Below, in pieces: positions 1 to 11,718 of a stretch of DNA of 64,000 bases (the first letter of the stretch is position 1; each line of letters starts with the position of its first letter). The stretch comes from an uncultured Microthrixaceae bacterium. GTDB taxonomy: Bacteria > Actinomycetota > Acidimicrobiia > Acidimicrobiales > VFJN01. The translations under genes were made by a program, and so were the position numbers. The notes beneath the pieces are model-generated. The model did not search any database and had not been told where the DNA came from. It was given only the letters and a program-made list of their open reading frames with translations. Where the stretch lies: the NCBI GenBank assembly GCA_963721695.1, contig CAVRKU010000004.1, positions 10,927 to 74,926 of the forward strand. Direction: 5' to 3'.

Positions 1-1
1 G

Positions 2-517
2 AAGGACGTGAAGGTCGGCGACCTGCTCCAGTCGGGCCAGGGCTCCGAGATCCGCCCCGGCAACGCCCTGCCGCTGCGCTACATCCCCGTCGGCACCACC
101 GTGCACGCCATCGAGCTCTACCCCGGTGGCGGCGCCAAGATGGGCCGCTCCGCCGGCACGGCCGTCCAGCTCGTGGCCAAGGAGGGCGACTTCGCCACCC
201 TGCGCCTGCCGAGCACCGAGATGCGCCGCGTCCCGATCAACTGCCGCGCCACCGTCGGCGAGGTCGGCAACTCCGAGGCCGAGCTGATCAAGATCGGCAA
301 GGCCGGCCGCAACCGCTGGAAGGGCGTCAAGCCCCAGACCCGCGGCGTGGCCATGAACCCGGTCGACCACCCCCTCGGTGGCGGCGAGGGCAAGACCTCC
401 GGCGGCCGGCACCCCGTGTCGCCGTGGGGCAAGCCCGAGGGCCGCACCCGAGACAAGACCAAGCCGTCCCAGAAGCTCATCGTCCGCCGGCGCCGTACGC
501 GCGGCAGCCGGAGGTAG
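2..517 (+). CDS. rplB: 50S ribosomal protein L2, C-terminal part (5' end lies outside the window)
   Basis: Translation contains [24 protein letters not shown] and a [13 protein letters not shown] tail typical of L2. It is followed by rpsS. Confidence 0.95.
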   Translation, partial: KDVKVGDLLQSGQGSEIRPGNALPLRYIPVGTTVHAIELYPGGGAKMGRSAGTAVQLVAKEGDFATLRLPSTEMRRVPINCRATVGEVGNSEAELIKIGKAGRNRWKGVKPQTRGVAMNPVDHPLGGGEGKTSGGRHPVSPWGKPEGRTRDKTKPSQKLIVRRRRTRGSRR

Positions 518-522
518 GAACC

Positions 523-806
523 ATGCCCCGCAGCCTGAAGAAGGGTCCCTTCGTGGACGACCACCTCCTCAAGAAGGTGGACGTCCTCAACGAGAAGGGC
601 GAGAAGAAGGTCATCAAGACCTGGAGCCGCCGCTCCACGATCATCCCCGAGATGGTCGGCCACACCATCGCCGTCCACGACGGCCGCAAGCACGTCCCGG
701 TGTACGTCACCGAGGCGATGGTCGGCCACAAGCTCGGCGAGTTCTCCCCGACGCGGACCTTCAAGTTCCACGCCGGCATGGAGAAGCAAGCCCGAGGGCG
801 GCGTAG
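523..806 (+). CDS. rpsS: 30S ribosomal protein S19
   Basis: [12 protein letters not shown]...[13 protein letters not shown]. The expected stop TAG at 804-806 is one base out of frame, which implies a 1-nt indel in the last codons. Confidence 0.9.
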
Positions 807-808
807 CG

Positions 809-1575
809 ATGACCTTCGGCACCAAGACCAACGAGCGCCCCGGCACCCGCGCGCAGGTCCGCTACCTCCGGGTGTCGGCCTACAAGGCGCGTGAGGTCCT
901 CGACCTCATCCGCGGCCTGCACGTCGACGACGCCGACGGCGTCCTCGAGTTCACCGACCGCGCCGTCGCCACCGACATCCGCAAGGTGCTCGCCTCGGCC
1001 GTCGCCAACGCCGAGAAGAACGACGAGATCGATCCCAACGAGCTCTACGTCTCGGCCTGCTACGCCGACGAGGGCCCCACGCTCAAGCGCTGGCGGCCCC
1101 GTGCCCGCGGCCGGGCCACCCGCATCCGCAAGCGCACCTGCCACATCACGATCATCGTGAGCCGCATGGACCCGAAGAAGCTCGAGCAGCGCCGGGCCCG
1201 CACCGAGGCCGCCGTCGGCCGGGGCGGCGTGCGCCGCGACGCCGCCGAGGCCCGCCGTGCCCGTGTCGCCAAGAGCCAGGCCGCCCGGGCCGCTCGCGAG
1301 CACGACCACGACCACGACCACGAGGGCCCCCACACCCACGACGAGGACGGCAACGCCATCCCGATCGAGGACGCCGACGAGCCGACGAGCGACGAGACCG
1401 TCGACCGACGAGGCCATCGAGATGGCCGACGAGCCGAGGCCGACGACCCCGCCGAGCCCGAGGAGGCCTGTCGAGGCCGCGGTCGAGGACGCCGCCGAGC
1501 CGAGGAGGCCGACGAGGCCGCCGACGACGAGCGCCGACTGAGGCGTCGGACGACGCCCCTGAGGAGACGAAGCTA

Positions 1576-1576
<1 letters not shown>
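809..1576 (+). CDS. rplV: 50S ribosomal protein L22 with a long acidic, His-rich C-terminal extension
   Basis: L22 core [23 protein letters not shown]...[16 protein letters not shown], followed by a tail of about 120 aa ([21 protein letters not shown]-rich). The tail frame is uncertain. Confidence 0.85.
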
Positions 1577-2479
<903 letters not shown>

Positions 2480-2484
2480 CTGAC

Positions 2485-2901
2485 ATGTTGATGCCCAAGA
2501 AGGTCAAGCACCGCAAGCAGCACCGCGGGCGCACGAAGGGTCAGAGCAAGGGTGGCACCGAGGTCACCTTCGGCGAGTACGGCATCCAGGCCCTCGAGCC
2601 CGGGTGGATCACCGCTCGCCAGATCGAGGCCGCCCGAATCGCCATGACCCGCAAGACCCGGCGTGGCGGCAAGGTCTGGATCACCGTCTTCCCCGACAAG
2701 CCCGTCACCGAGAAGCCGGCCGAGACCCGCATGGGCTCCGGCAAGGGCAACCCGGAGCGCTGGGTCGCGGTCGTGAAGCCGGGCCGCATCCTGTTCGAGC
2801 TCTCGTACCCCGATCAGGAGCTGGCCAAGGTCGCCATCGACCGGGCCATCCAGAAGCTGCCGATCAAGGCTCGCTTCGTCACCCGCGAGGAGGCGCTCTG
2901 A
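2485..2901 (+). CDS. rplP: 50S ribosomal protein L16
   Basis: [16 protein letters not shown]...[26 protein letters not shown]. Confidence 0.95.
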   Translation: MLMPKKVKHRKQHRGRTKGQSKGGTEVTFGEYGIQALEPGWITARQIEAARIAMTRKTRRGGKVWITVFPDKPVTEKPAETRMGSGKGNPERWVAVVKPGRILFELSYPDQELAKVAIDRAIQKLPIKARFVTREEAL

Positions 2902-3137
2902 TGGCCAACGAGAACAAGCACGCCTATCGCGACCTCGACGACGCCGCCCTCGTGCGAGAGCTGGCCGACACCAAGGACGCCCTGTTCAAGAAGCGCTTCG
3001 AGAACGCCACCGGGCAGCTCGACAACGTCAGCGTGCTGAAGACGCTCCGCAAGGACGTCGCGCGCATCAACACCGAGCTCCGGGCCCGCGAGATCGCGGC
3101 CGCCGAGGCGCTCGACACCCAGAGGGAGAACGCCTGA
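2901..3137 (+). CDS. rpmC: 50S ribosomal protein L29
   Basis: 78-aa ORF with a TGATG overlap with rplP. Position and size fit L29. Confidence 0.9.
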   Translation: MANENKHAYRDLDDAALVRELADTKDALFKKRFENATGQLDNVSVLKTLRKDVARINTELRAREIAAAEALDTQRENA

Positions 3138-3409
3138 TGGCCGAAGAGACCACCACTCGGCCCAACGCCCGCAAGCTGCGCGAGGGCATCGTGACCTCCG
3201 CGGGCATGGACAAGACCGCGGTCGTCACCGTCACGACCCGCAAGCCGCACCCGCTCTACAAGAAGACGATGGTGCGGACCAAGAAGCTCTACGTCCACGA
3301 CGAGGCCAACGACGCCAAGCTCGGTGACAAGGTCCGGGTCCAGGAGACCCGCCCGCTGTCCAAGCTGAAGCGCTGGCGCCTCGTCGAAGTGCTGGAGCGG
3401 GCCCGATGA
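3137..3409 (+). CDS. rpsQ: 30S ribosomal protein S17
   Basis: [18 protein letters not shown]...HPLYKKT...YVHDE...[14 protein letters not shown]. Confidence 0.95.
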   Translation: MAEETTTRPNARKLREGIVTSAGMDKTAVVTVTTRKPHPLYKKTMVRTKKLYVHDEANDAKLGDKVRVQETRPLSKLKRWRLVEVLERAR

Positions 3410-3773
3410 TCCAGCAGGAGCGCGCCTTCGGGTGGCGGACAACAGTGGGGCCAAAGAGGTCCTCTGCATCCGCGTGCTCGGCGGCACCAAGCGGCGCTAC
3501 GCCAGCATCGGCGACATCTTCGTCGCCACCGTCAAGGACGCCATCCCCGGCGCGGCGGTCAAGAAGGGCGAGGTCGTCAAGTGCGTCGTCGTCCGGGTGA
3601 AGAAGGAGAAGCGCCGTCCCGACGGCAGCTACATCCGCTTCGACGAGAACGCCGCCGTGCTCATCAACGACCAGATGAACCCGCGTGGCACCCGCATCTT
3701 CGGCCCGGTGGGTCGGGAGCTGCGAGACAAGAAGTTCATGAAGATCGTGTCGCTCGCCCCGGAGGTGCTGTGA
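3406..3773 (+). CDS. rplN: 50S ribosomal protein L14 (apparent 1-nt deletion near 3421)
   Basis: MIQQE in one frame, then [18 protein letters not shown]...[23 protein letters not shown] in the next. Confidence 0.92.
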
Positions 3774-3775
3774 CC

Positions 3776-4096
3776 ATGGCTGGCCTCAAGATCAAGAAGG
3801 GCGACCGCGTGCGGGTGCTCACCGGCAAGGACCGCGGCAAGGACGGCAACGTCACCCGCGTGCTGCCCGCCGCCGGCAAGGTCATCGTCGACGGCGTCAA
3901 CGTCGCCAAGAAGCACCAGCGGGCCACCAAGGCCACGATGCAGGGCGGGATCATCGACAAGGACATGCCGCTCCCGGTGGCCAACGTCGCGATCGTGTGC
4001 CCGTCGTGCGGCAAGGCCACTCGAGTCGGCTACAAGATCGATGGCGACGGCACCAAGGTCCGCGTCTGCAAGAAGTGTGGAGGTGAGATGCCGTGA
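3776..4096 (+). CDS. rplX: 50S ribosomal protein L24 with CxxC...CxxC in the C-terminal part
   Basis: KOW motif [17 protein letters not shown]. The C-terminus reads [29 protein letters not shown]. Confidence 0.9.
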   Translation: MAGLKIKKGDRVRVLTGKDRGKDGNVTRVLPAAGKVIVDGVNVAKKHQRATKATMQGGIIDKDMPLPVANVAIVCPSCGKATRVGYKIDGDGTKVRVCKKCGGEMP

Positions 4097-4674
4097 GCGC
4101 CACCTCCACCGAGGCCACGCCGGTGCCGCGCCTCAAGACCAGGTACGACAGCGAGGTCCGTGACGCTCTGAAGGAGCAGCTCGGCCTCGACAACGTCATG
4201 CAGGTGCCGCGCCTCGAGAAGATCGTCATCAACATGGGCGTCGGCGCCGCCGTCGGGCAGCCGTCGCTGCTCGAAGGCGCCGTGAAGGACCTCACCCGGA
4301 TCGCCGGCCAGAAGCCGATCATCACCCGGGCCCGGAAGTCCATCGCCAACTTCAAGCTCCGCGAGGAGAACCCCATCGGCACGAAGGTGACCCTGCGGGG
4401 CGCCCGGATGTGGGAGTTCCTCGACCGACTGATCAGCCTCGCCATCCCGCGTGTCCGTGACTTCCGGGGCCTCAACCCCCGGTCGTTCGACGGCCACGGC
4501 AACTACACGTTCGGCGTGAGCGACCAGCTGATCTTCCCGGAGGTCGACTACGACTCGATCGATGCCCCGCGAGGCATGGACATCACCATCGTGACGACCG
4601 CCAAGACCGATGCCGAAGGCAAGGCCCTCCTCGACGCCTTCGGCTTCCCGTTCAAGCGCGAGGGACAGGAATAA
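4093..4674 (+). CDS. rplE: 50S ribosomal protein L5
   Basis: [13 protein letters not shown]...[28 protein letters not shown]...RDFRGL. Confidence 0.95.
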   Translation: MSATSTEATPVPRLKTRYDSEVRDALKEQLGLDNVMQVPRLEKIVINMGVGAAVGQPSLLEGAVKDLTRIAGQKPIITRARKSIANFKLREENPIGTKVTLRGARMWEFLDRLISLAIPRVRDFRGLNPRSFDGHGNYTFGVSDQLIFPEVDYDSIDAPRGMDITIVTTAKTDAEGKALLDAFGFPFKREGQE

Positions 4675-4859
4675 TGGCCAAGAAGGCACTCATCGAGAAG
4701 CAGCAGCGGACCCCGAAGTTCAAGGTCCGGGCGTACACCCGTTGCCAGCGCTGCGGGCGACCCCACTCCGTCTACCGCAAGTTCGGCCTGTGCCGGGTCT
4801 GCCTGCGGGAGATGGTCCACGCGGGGGAGATCCCCGGTGTGACGAAGGCCAGCTGGTGA
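4674..4859 (+). CDS. rpsN: 30S ribosomal protein S14 type Z (zinc-binding, 61 aa)
   Basis: 61 aa containing CQRCGRP...CRVC and ending in W. Confidence 0.95.
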   Translation: MAKKALIEKQQRTPKFKVRAYTRCQRCGRPHSVYRKFGLCRVCLREMVHAGEIPGVTKASW

Positions 4860-4872
4860 GGGGAGCCGCACG

Positions 4873-5277
4873 ATGACCATGACCGACCCCATCTCCGACA
4901 TGCTGACCCGCATCCGCAACGCGAACATCGCGATGCACGACGACGTCCGCATGCCCAGCTCCAAGGTGAAGGAAGCCCTCGCCGAGATCCTCCACAAGGA
5001 GGGCTACATCGAGGGCTACGACGTGGCCGACAACACCGAGCGCCCCGGCCGCGTCCTCTCCATCAAGATGAAGTACTCGCCCGAGCGGGCCCGCGTGATC
5101 TCCGGCCTGCGCCGGGTGTCCAAGCCGGGCCTGCGCGTCTACAGCCAGTCCACCAAGGTCCCTCGGGTCCTCGGCGGGCTGGGCGTGGCCGTCCTCTCGA
5201 CCAGCCAGGGGCTCATGACCGACCGCGAGGCGCGCAAGCGCAACGTGGGCGGCGAGATCCTCTGCTTCGTGTGGTGA
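4873..5277 (+). CDS. rpsH: 30S ribosomal protein S8
   Basis: [13 protein letters not shown]...GGEILCFVW. Confidence 0.95.
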   Translation: MTMTDPISDMLTRIRNANIAMHDDVRMPSSKVKEALAEILHKEGYIEGYDVADNTERPGRVLSIKMKYSPERARVISGLRRVSKPGLRVYSQSTKVPRVLGGLGVAVLSTSQGLMTDREARKRNVGGEILCFVW

Positions 5278-5281
5278 CCTG

Positions 5282-5821
5282 ATGTCTCGCATCGGCAAGA
5301 CCCCCATCCCCGTGCCCAGCGGCGTCGACGTGACGATCGCGGGCGCCCACATCACCGTGAAGGGCCCCAAGGGCACCCTCGAGCGCGACATCCCCGGCGC
5401 CATCACCGTCCGCCAGGACGGCGAGGAGCTGCTGGTGGAGCGCCCGAACGACGAGCGCCAGAACCGGGCGCTCCACGGTCTGGTGCGCTCGCTCGTGAAC
5501 AACATGGTCGTGGGCGTGCACGAGGAGTTCACCAAGGAGCTCGAGATCATCGGCGTCGGCTACCGCGCCGCCGCCCAGGGCACGAGCAAGCTCGACCTCG
5601 CCCTCGGCTTCAGCCACCCCGTCTCGGTCGACGCCCCCGAGGGCATCAGCTTCGAGACCCCCGCCCCGAACCGCATCATCGTGAAGGGCATCGACAAGGA
5701 GATCGTCGGCCAGGTGGCCGCCAACATCCGCAAGATCCGCAAGCCCGAGCCCTACAAGGGCAAGGGCGTCCGGTACCTCGGCGAGCACGTCGCCAAGAAG
5801 GCCGGGAAGACGGGCAAGTGA
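5282..5821 (+). CDS. rplF: 50S ribosomal protein L6
   Basis: [17 protein letters not shown]...[10 protein letters not shown]. Confidence 0.95.
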   Translation: MSRIGKTPIPVPSGVDVTIAGAHITVKGPKGTLERDIPGAITVRQDGEELLVERPNDERQNRALHGLVRSLVNNMVVGVHEEFTKELEIIGVGYRAAAQGTSKLDLALGFSHPVSVDAPEGISFETPAPNRIIVKGIDKEIVGQVAANIRKIRKPEPYKGKGVRYLGEHVAKKAGKTGK

Positions 5822-5828
5822 GGACACC

Positions 5829-6194
5829 ATGACCGTCAGCGCACAGCACAAGCGGGAAGCCCGCCTCCGGCGTCACCGCCGGGTGCGGAAGAAGGTGGAG
5901 GGGTCGGCCGACCGGCCGCGCCTCGCCGTGTTCCGCTCGAACAAGCACATCTCCGCCCAGGTGATCGACGACCGCTCCGGTCGCACGCTCGCCGCCGCCT
6001 CCACCACGGAGCCCGATCTCCGCGGGGCCGGCACGGGCAACAAGGACGCCGCCACCAAGGTCGGCCAGCTCGTCGCCGAGCGGGCCAAGGCCGCCGGCGT
6101 CACCAAGGTCGTCTTCGATCGAGGCGGCAACCTCTACCACGGGCGGGTCGCGGCAGTCGCCGACGCCGCTCGCGAAGCAGGACTGGAGCTCTAA
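5829..6194 (+). CDS. rplR: 50S ribosomal protein L18
   Basis: [20 protein letters not shown]...[24 protein letters not shown]. Confidence 0.95.
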   Translation: MTVSAQHKREARLRRHRRVRKKVEGSADRPRLAVFRSNKHISAQVIDDRSGRTLAAASTTEPDLRGAGTGNKDAATKVGQLVAERAKAAGVTKVVFDRGGNLYHGRVAAVADAAREAGLEL

Positions 6195-6817
6195 TGGCCA
6201 ACGGATCAGGTCCCCCCCGCCGCGACCGCGAGCGCAACGACCGCGAGAACCCGCGGCAGTCGACCGACACGACGCTGCGTGAGTCGCGCGTGATCAACAT
6301 CAACCGCGTGGCCAAGGTCGTGAAGGGCGGTCGTCGCTTCAGCTTCACCGCCCTCGTCGTCATCGGCGACGGCAACGGCCGCGTCGGCCTCGGCTACGGC
6401 AAGGCCAAGGAGGTGCCCCTCGCCATCCAGAAGGGCACCGAGGAGGCTCGCAAGAACCTCTTCCAGGTCCCCCTGGCCGGCTCCACCGTCACCCACACGA
6501 TCATCGGTCGGATGGGGGCGGGCCGTGTCCTCCTCAAGCCCGCCGCCCCCGGTACCGGCGTGATCGCCGGTGGCGCCGCCCGGGCCATCCTCGAGGAGGC
6601 CGGGGTGCACGACGTGCTGTGCAAGTCGCTCGGCTCGTCGAACCACATCAACGTGGCCCGCGCCACGATCAACGGCCTCAAGTCGCTGAAGCGCCCGGAC
6701 GAGATCGCCCGCCTGCGGGGGCTCGACGCCGACGACTTCGTGCCCAAGGGCATGCTCGCCGCCTACCGCGAGAGCGAGCGCGGCCCACAGGCGCACGTGC
6801 CCGAAGAGGTCGCGTGA
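6194..6817 (+). CDS. rpsE: 30S ribosomal protein S5
   Basis: [39 protein letters not shown]. Confidence 0.95.
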   Translation: MANGSGPPRRDRERNDRENPRQSTDTTLRESRVININRVAKVVKGGRRFSFTALVVIGDGNGRVGLGYGKAKEVPLAIQKGTEEARKNLFQVPLAGSTVTHTIIGRMGAGRVLLKPAAPGTGVIAGGAARAILEEAGVHDVLCKSLGSSNHINVARATINGLKSLKRPDEIARLRGLDADDFVPKGMLAAYRESERGPQAHVPEEVA

Positions 6818-7008
6818 TGGCCGAAGGCACCCTCACCGTCACCCAGACCCGGTCGGCCATCGGCACGAAGCCCAAGCAGCGTGGCACGCTGCGGGCCCTC
6901 GGCCTCGGTCGCATCGGCAAGTCGAACACCCTTCCCGATCGCCCTGAGATCCGGGGGATGCTGGCCCGCGTGCCGCACCTCGTCTCGGTGGAGGAGCAGC
7001 AGAGCTGA
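6817..7008 (+). CDS. rpmD: 50S ribosomal protein L30
   Basis: LTVTQTRSAIGTKPKQRGTLRALGLGRIGK. Confidence 0.9.
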   Translation: MAEGTLTVTQTRSAIGTKPKQRGTLRALGLGRIGKSNTLPDRPEIRGMLARVPHLVSVEEQQS

Positions 7009-7508
7009 TGACCGAACCGATCAAGATCCACGACCTCAAGCCCGTCGCGGGCTCGAACCGGCGCAAGAAGCGCGTCGGCCGAGGCATCGCCGGCAAGGGC
7101 GGGAAGACCGCCGGCCGCGGCACCAAGGGCCAGAACGCCCGAGGCAGCGTCCCCGCCCGGTTCGAGGGCGGTCAGATGCCCCTGCACATGCGGCTGCCGA
7201 AGCTCAAGGGCTTCAACAACCCCTTCCGCGTCGAGTACCAGGGGATCAACCTGGACACGATCGAAGGCAGCGGCCTCGACGAGGTCAGCCCGGCCACCCT
7301 CCAAGCCCACGGCCTGGCCCACAAGGGCGCCCTCATCAAGGTGCTCGGCCGCGGCGAGCTCACCCGCAAGGTGACCGTCAAGGCCCACGCCTTCTCCAAG
7401 TCCGCCGAGGCAGCCATCACCGCCTCCGGCGGTACGGTGGAGGTCCTGCCGAAGCCCTGGGGCGACCGCCGTCCCCCGGTGCAGGGCAACCAGTTCGCCA
7501 ACCGCTGA
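7008..7508 (+). CDS. rplO: 50S ribosomal protein L15
   Basis: KRVGRGIAGKGGKTAGRGTKGQNAR...GGQMPLHMRLPKLKGF. Confidence 0.95.
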   Translation: MTEPIKIHDLKPVAGSNRRKKRVGRGIAGKGGKTAGRGTKGQNARGSVPARFEGGQMPLHMRLPKLKGFNNPFRVEYQGINLDTIEGSGLDEVSPATLQAHGLAHKGALIKVLGRGELTRKVTVKAHAFSKSAEAAITASGGTVEVLPKPWGDRRPPVQGNQFANR

Positions 7509-7558
7509 TCGAGATCGTCCGCTGCCGCTGGCAGCGCCGCTGACCAGGAGCCCAGCCC

Positions 7559-8878
7559 GTGCTGTCCAGCGTCCGCAACGTGTTCAGGATCCCCGATCTG
7601 CGGGGGAAGATCCTCTTCACCCTGTTCATCATCGGCCTCTACCGCATCGGCGCGTTCGTCCCCGCGCCCGGCATCGACCTCGACGCGGTCGAGGAGCTCA
7701 AGCGCCAGGCGGAGACGGGCGGTGGCGTCGTCGGGTTCCTCCAGCTCTTCTCGGGCGGCGCGCTCACCCAGTTCGCCATCTTCGCCCTCGGGATCATGCC
7801 GTACATCACGGCGTCGATCATCATGCAGATCCTCACCGTGGTGATCCCCAAGCTGGAGGAGTGGCAGCAGATGGGGGCGGTGGGGCAGCGGAAGATCACG
7901 CAGTGGACCCGCTACCTGGCCGTGACGATCGCGCTGCTCCAGGCCACCGGCCTGGCCTTCCTCTTCCACAACGGCGGCGGGGGTCTGCTGGGCGGCGGCG
8001 GCAACTCCACCGGTCTCGACGTGCTGCCCGTGTTCACGCCGTTCCGCGTGATCATCGTCGTGTTCACCCTGACCGCAGGGCTCGCGCTGCTGATGTGGAT
8101 GGGTGAGCTGATCAGCCAGCGCGGCATCGGCAACGGCATGTCGCTGCTGATCTTCGCCTCGGTGGTGAGCTCGTTCCCGGGCGCCGGCGCCCGGCTCAAC
8201 GCCGAGAAGGGAACGACGTTCCTGATCGCGCTGCTGCTGCTCGCCGTGCTCCTGCTCGTCGCCATCGTCTTCATCGAGCAGGGCCAGCGGCGGATCCCGG
8301 TCCAGTTCGCCAAGCGGGTGGTGGGGCGGCGCATGTACGGCGGCCAGAGCACCTACATCCCGCTGAAGGTGAACCAGTCGGGCGTGATCCCGATCATCTT
8401 CGCCAGCTCGGTGCTGTACCTGCCGATCCTGCTCACCAACGTCCTGCCCGCCGACGGCTGGGGCGCCGACGTGCAGCGCTGGATCAGCGACAACCTCGTG
8501 CAGCCGGACTCGATCTTCTACGTCGTCCTCTACGGGTTGCTGATCATCGGCTTCGCGTACTTCTACACCGCGATCGCGTTCGACCCGGCCCAGCAGGCGG
8601 AGAACATCCGCAAGCAGGGCGGCTTCATCCCCGGCATCCGGCCCGGCCCGCAGACCGAGCGCTACCTCGCCAGGATCCTGTCGCGCATCACGCTGCCGGG
8701 GGCGCTGTTCATCGCCTTCATCGCGCTGCTCCCGTCCATGCTGCTGGCCTTCGCGGACGTGCAGAACTTCCCGTTCGCGGGCACGTCCATCCTGATCGCC
8801 GTCGGCGTCGCCCTCGAGACGATGAAGCAGATCGACAGCCAGCTGATGATGCGCAACTACGAGGGCTTCCTGAAGTGA
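7559..8878 (+). CDS. secY: Preprotein translocase subunit SecY
   Basis: Intact 439-aa multi-pass membrane ORF with GIMPYITASIIMQIL, in the canonical position after rplO. Confidence 0.95.
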   Translation: MLSSVRNVFRIPDLRGKILFTLFIIGLYRIGAFVPAPGIDLDAVEELKRQAETGGGVVGFLQLFSGGALTQFAIFALGIMPYITASIIMQILTVVIPKLEEWQQMGAVGQRKITQWTRYLAVTIALLQATGLAFLFHNGGGGLLGGGGNSTGLDVLPVFTPFRVIIVVFTLTAGLALLMWMGELISQRGIGNGMSLLIFASVVSSFPGAGARLNAEKGTTFLIALLLLAVLLLVAIVFIEQGQRRIPVQFAKRVVGRRMYGGQSTYIPLKVNQSGVIPIIFASSVLYLPILLTNVLPADGWGADVQRWISDNLVQPDSIFYVVLYGLLIIGFAYFYTAIAFDPAQQAENIRKQGGFIPGIRPGPQTERYLARILSRITLPGALFIAFIALLPSMLLAFADVQNFPFAGTSILIAVGVALETMKQIDSQLMMRNYEGFLK

Positions 8879-8897
8879 CCTCACCGGGGATCCGGCG

Positions 8898-9558
8898 ATG
8901 ATCCCCGGCGCCCGCCTGGTCCTGTTGGGACGCCAGGGTGCGGGGAAGGGCACGCAGTGCGTGCGCCTGTCGCGCCACTACGTCATCCCCCACATCTCCA
9001 CCGGGGACATGCTCCGCTCCGCCGTGAAGGAGGGCACCGAGTTCGGGCTCAAGGCCAAGGAGGTCATGGACCGCGGCGAGCTCGTGTCCGACGAGGTCAT
9101 GGGGGGCGTGGTCGACGAACGCCTGGCGAGCGACGACACCCACAACCGGGGGTACGTCCTGGACGGCTTCCCTCGCACCGTCGGGCAGGCCGAGCTCCTC
9201 GGCAAGATCACGCAGGACAAGCCGCTCGACCTCGTGATCGACCTCGTGGTCCCCGTCGACGTCGTGCTCGAACGGCTGGCCGCCCGGCGTGTCTGCACGG
9301 ACTGCGCGACCAACTACTCGGTCGACAACCCGCCTCGCTACGGCTGGGTCTGCGACAACTGCGGCGGCGAGGTGGTGCAGCGCGGCCGACGACACCCCCG
9401 AGGCCATCCAGAAGCGCCTCGACCTCTACGAGCGGGAGACGGCCCCGCTGATCGCCTGGTACAAGGAGCGCGACCTCCTCCAGGCCGTCGACGGCCTCGG
9501 CCCCGCCGACGAGGTCACCGCCCGCCTCGTGCGTGCGATCGACGAACGGCGCGCCTAG
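8898..9558 (+). CDS. adk: Adenylate kinase (apparent 1-nt insertion near 9384)
   Basis: LLGRQGAGKGTQ P-loop and a Zn lid CTDC...CDNCGG. The C-terminus DDTPEAIQKRLDLYERETAPL continues in the next frame. Confidence 0.9.
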
Positions 9559-9588
9559 TCCTGACGGGGTGGCCGTAGCCTGCGCTTC

Positions 9589-10337
9589 GTGAAGCGGTCT
9601 GCCTCTGATCTGGCGAAGATGCGGCGGGCGGGGCGGGTCGTGGCCGAGATGCACTCCTGCATCCGCGAGGCGATCCGCCCGGGGGTGACCACCGCCGAGC
9701 TGGATCGGATCGGACGGGACGTGATCGAGCGACGCGGCGCTCGCTCCAACTTCCTCGGCTACGGGCACCCGCCGTTCTCGGGGGTGATCTGCGCCTCCCC
9801 GAACGACGTCATCGTGCACGGGATCCCGGGTCCGGTGCGGCTGGAGGACGGCGACATCGTCTCGATCGACTGCGGGGCGATCATCGAGGGCTGGCACGGC
9901 GACGCCGCCTTCACGGCCGGGGTGGGGGAGATCGACCCGGAGGATGCCCGGCTCATCGAGGTGACCGAGGCATCGCTGGCCGCCGGCATCGCGGCGATGG
10001 TCCCCGGCGGACGTCTGTCCGACATCGGCGCCGCCGTGCAGCGGCGTGGCCGAGGCGGCCGGGTTCTCGGTCGTGCGGGAGTACACGGGCCACGGCATCG
10101 GGATGGCCATGCACGAGCAGCCCGACGTCCCCAACTGGGGCAAGCCCGGCAAGGGCCGCCGGCTGGGCCCGGGTCAGACCTACGCCGTCGAGCCCATGGT
10201 CTGCGCCGGCCAGCCCGACGACCCGGCTGCTCGAGGACCAGTGGACCGTCGTCACCGCCGACGGCCGGCGGGCCGCCCACACCGAGCACACCATCGCCAT
10301 CACCGACGACGGCCCCGAGATCCTCACCCTGCCCTGA
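9589..10337 (+). CDS. map: Methionine aminopeptidase type I (two apparent indels, near 10043 and 10218)
   Basis: [31 protein letters not shown] and [17 protein letters not shown] are spread over three frames. Confidence 0.9.
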
Positions 10338-10425
10338 GCCACGCAAAGCCACCCGTTGGCTGCGTTGCCGGACTATGGTGCTCAGACCCGCAGGATCCCT
10401 GTGGCCCCGGCGTACGGACGTCGAG

Positions 10426-10454
10426 TTGGACCTCCGCCGTGCCCGCGCTAGCAT
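10426..10454 (+). promoter_or_regulatory. Candidate housekeeping-sigma promoter for infA-rpmJ-rpsM
   Basis: TTGGAC, 17-nt spacer, TAGCAT, about 90 nt upstream of infA in the 209-nt map-infA gap. Confidence 0.4.
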
Positions 10455-10546
10455 CACCCTTCGGCCCTGGGCCCAGTCCGTCGTCTGCACGCGCCCCGTG
10501 CGGCGGCCGGTCGAGCCCGCCATCTCAGCAATCCAGGAGCCCCACT

Positions 10547-10771
10547 CTGGCCAAGCCCAAGGAAGACGCGATCGTGCTGGAAGGCACGGTGGTCGAGCCC
10601 CTCCCGAACGCGATGTTCCGGGTCGAGCTCGAGAACGGCCACAAGGTGTTGGCCCACATCTCCGGGAAGATGCGGATGCACTACATCCGGATCCTGCCCG
10701 GCGATCGCGTCCAGGTGGAGCTCACCCCGTACGACCTCACCCGGGGTCGGATCACCTACCGGTACAAGTGA
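10547..10771 (+). CDS. infA: Translation initiation factor IF-1 (the aligned start codon is CTG)
   Basis: (L)[54 protein letters not shown]...[14 protein letters not shown] lies 7 nt upstream. Confidence 0.9.
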   Translation: MAKPKEDAIVLEGTVVEPLPNAMFRVELENGHKVLAHISGKMRMHYIRILPGDRVQVELTPYDLTRGRITYRYK

Positions 10772-10785
10772 ACGAGAGCGCCCCG

Positions 10786-10899
10786 ATGAAGGTCCGCCCG
10801 AGCGTCAAGAAGATCTGTGAGAAGTGCAAGGTGATCCGCCGCCACGGGCGCGTCCAGGTCATCTGCACCAACCCCCGGCACAAGCAGCGCCAGGGCTAG
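10786..10899 (+). CDS. rpmJ: 50S ribosomal protein L36 (zinc form)
   Basis: [37 protein letters not shown]. Confidence 0.95.
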   Translation: MKVRPSVKKICEKCKVIRRHGRVQVICTNPRHKQRQG

Positions 10900-10921
10900 A
10901 GAGGAACAGGCACCCGCACCC

Positions 10922-11304
10922 ATGGCACGCATCGCCGGCGTCGACATCCCCCGCGAGAAGCGGTTGGAGATCTCGCTGACCTACATCTTCGGCATCGGCC
11001 GCACCACGTCACAGAAGATCTGTGACGAGCTCGGCCTCGACCGCAACACCCGTGTCCGCGACCTCACCGACGAAGAGGTCAACCGGGTCCGCGCCTACGT
11101 CGACCAGAACCTCGAGGTCGAGGGCGACCTGCGTCGTGAGGTGCAGCAGGACATCCGCCGCAAGATGGAGATCGGCTGCTGGCAGGGGCTCCGCCACCGC
11201 GCGGGCCTCCCCGTCCGCGGTCAGCGCACCCAGACCAACGCCCGCACCCGCAAGGGCCCCAAGAAGACCGTCGCCGGCAAGAAGAAGGTCGCAAGTGCAA
11301 GTAA
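10922..11304 (+). CDS. rpsM: 30S ribosomal protein S13 (indel near the 3' end; stop TAA at 11302-11304 is out of frame)
   Basis: [14 protein letters not shown]...[34 protein letters not shown]. Confidence 0.92.
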
Positions 11305-11708
11305 TGGCCGAAGCCTGTGGCAAGCCCGGCGGTCGCCGGCCCCGCAAGCGCGAGCGCAGGAACGTCTCCCACGGCGTCGCCCACATCAAGAGCTCGTTCA
11401 ACAACACGATCATCACGATCACCGACCAGGAGGGCAACGTCCTCTCCTGGGCCTCGGCCGGCAACATCGGCTTCAAGGGCTCGAAGAAGAGCACCCCGTT
11501 CGCCGCCCAGATGGCGGCCGAGAAGGCCGCCCGCGGCGCGATGGAGCACGGCGTCCGCAAGGTCGACGTGCAGGTGAAGGGTCCCGGCTCCGGCCGCGAG
11601 ACCGCCATCCGCTCGCTGCAGAGCACCGGCATCGAGGTCACCGGCATCAAGGACGTCACCCCTGTCCCCCACAACGGCTGCCGCCCCCCCAAGCGGCGCC
11701 GAGTCTGA
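11304..11708 (+). CDS. rpsK: 30S ribosomal protein S11
   Basis: [22 protein letters not shown]...[12 protein letters not shown]...[16 protein letters not shown]. Confidence 0.95.
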   Translation: MAEACGKPGGRRPRKRERRNVSHGVAHIKSSFNNTIITITDQEGNVLSWASAGNIGFKGSKKSTPFAAQMAAEKAARGAMEHGVRKVDVQVKGPGSGRETAIRSLQSTGIEVTGIKDVTPVPHNGCRPPKRRRV

Positions 11709-11718
11709 GGCGCTCGTC

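Noticed and set aside
7172-8953. 593-aa minus-strand ORF
   Set aside because: It is antisense to the intact, clearly recognisable secY and has Arg/Asp/Gly-rich shadow-ORF composition.
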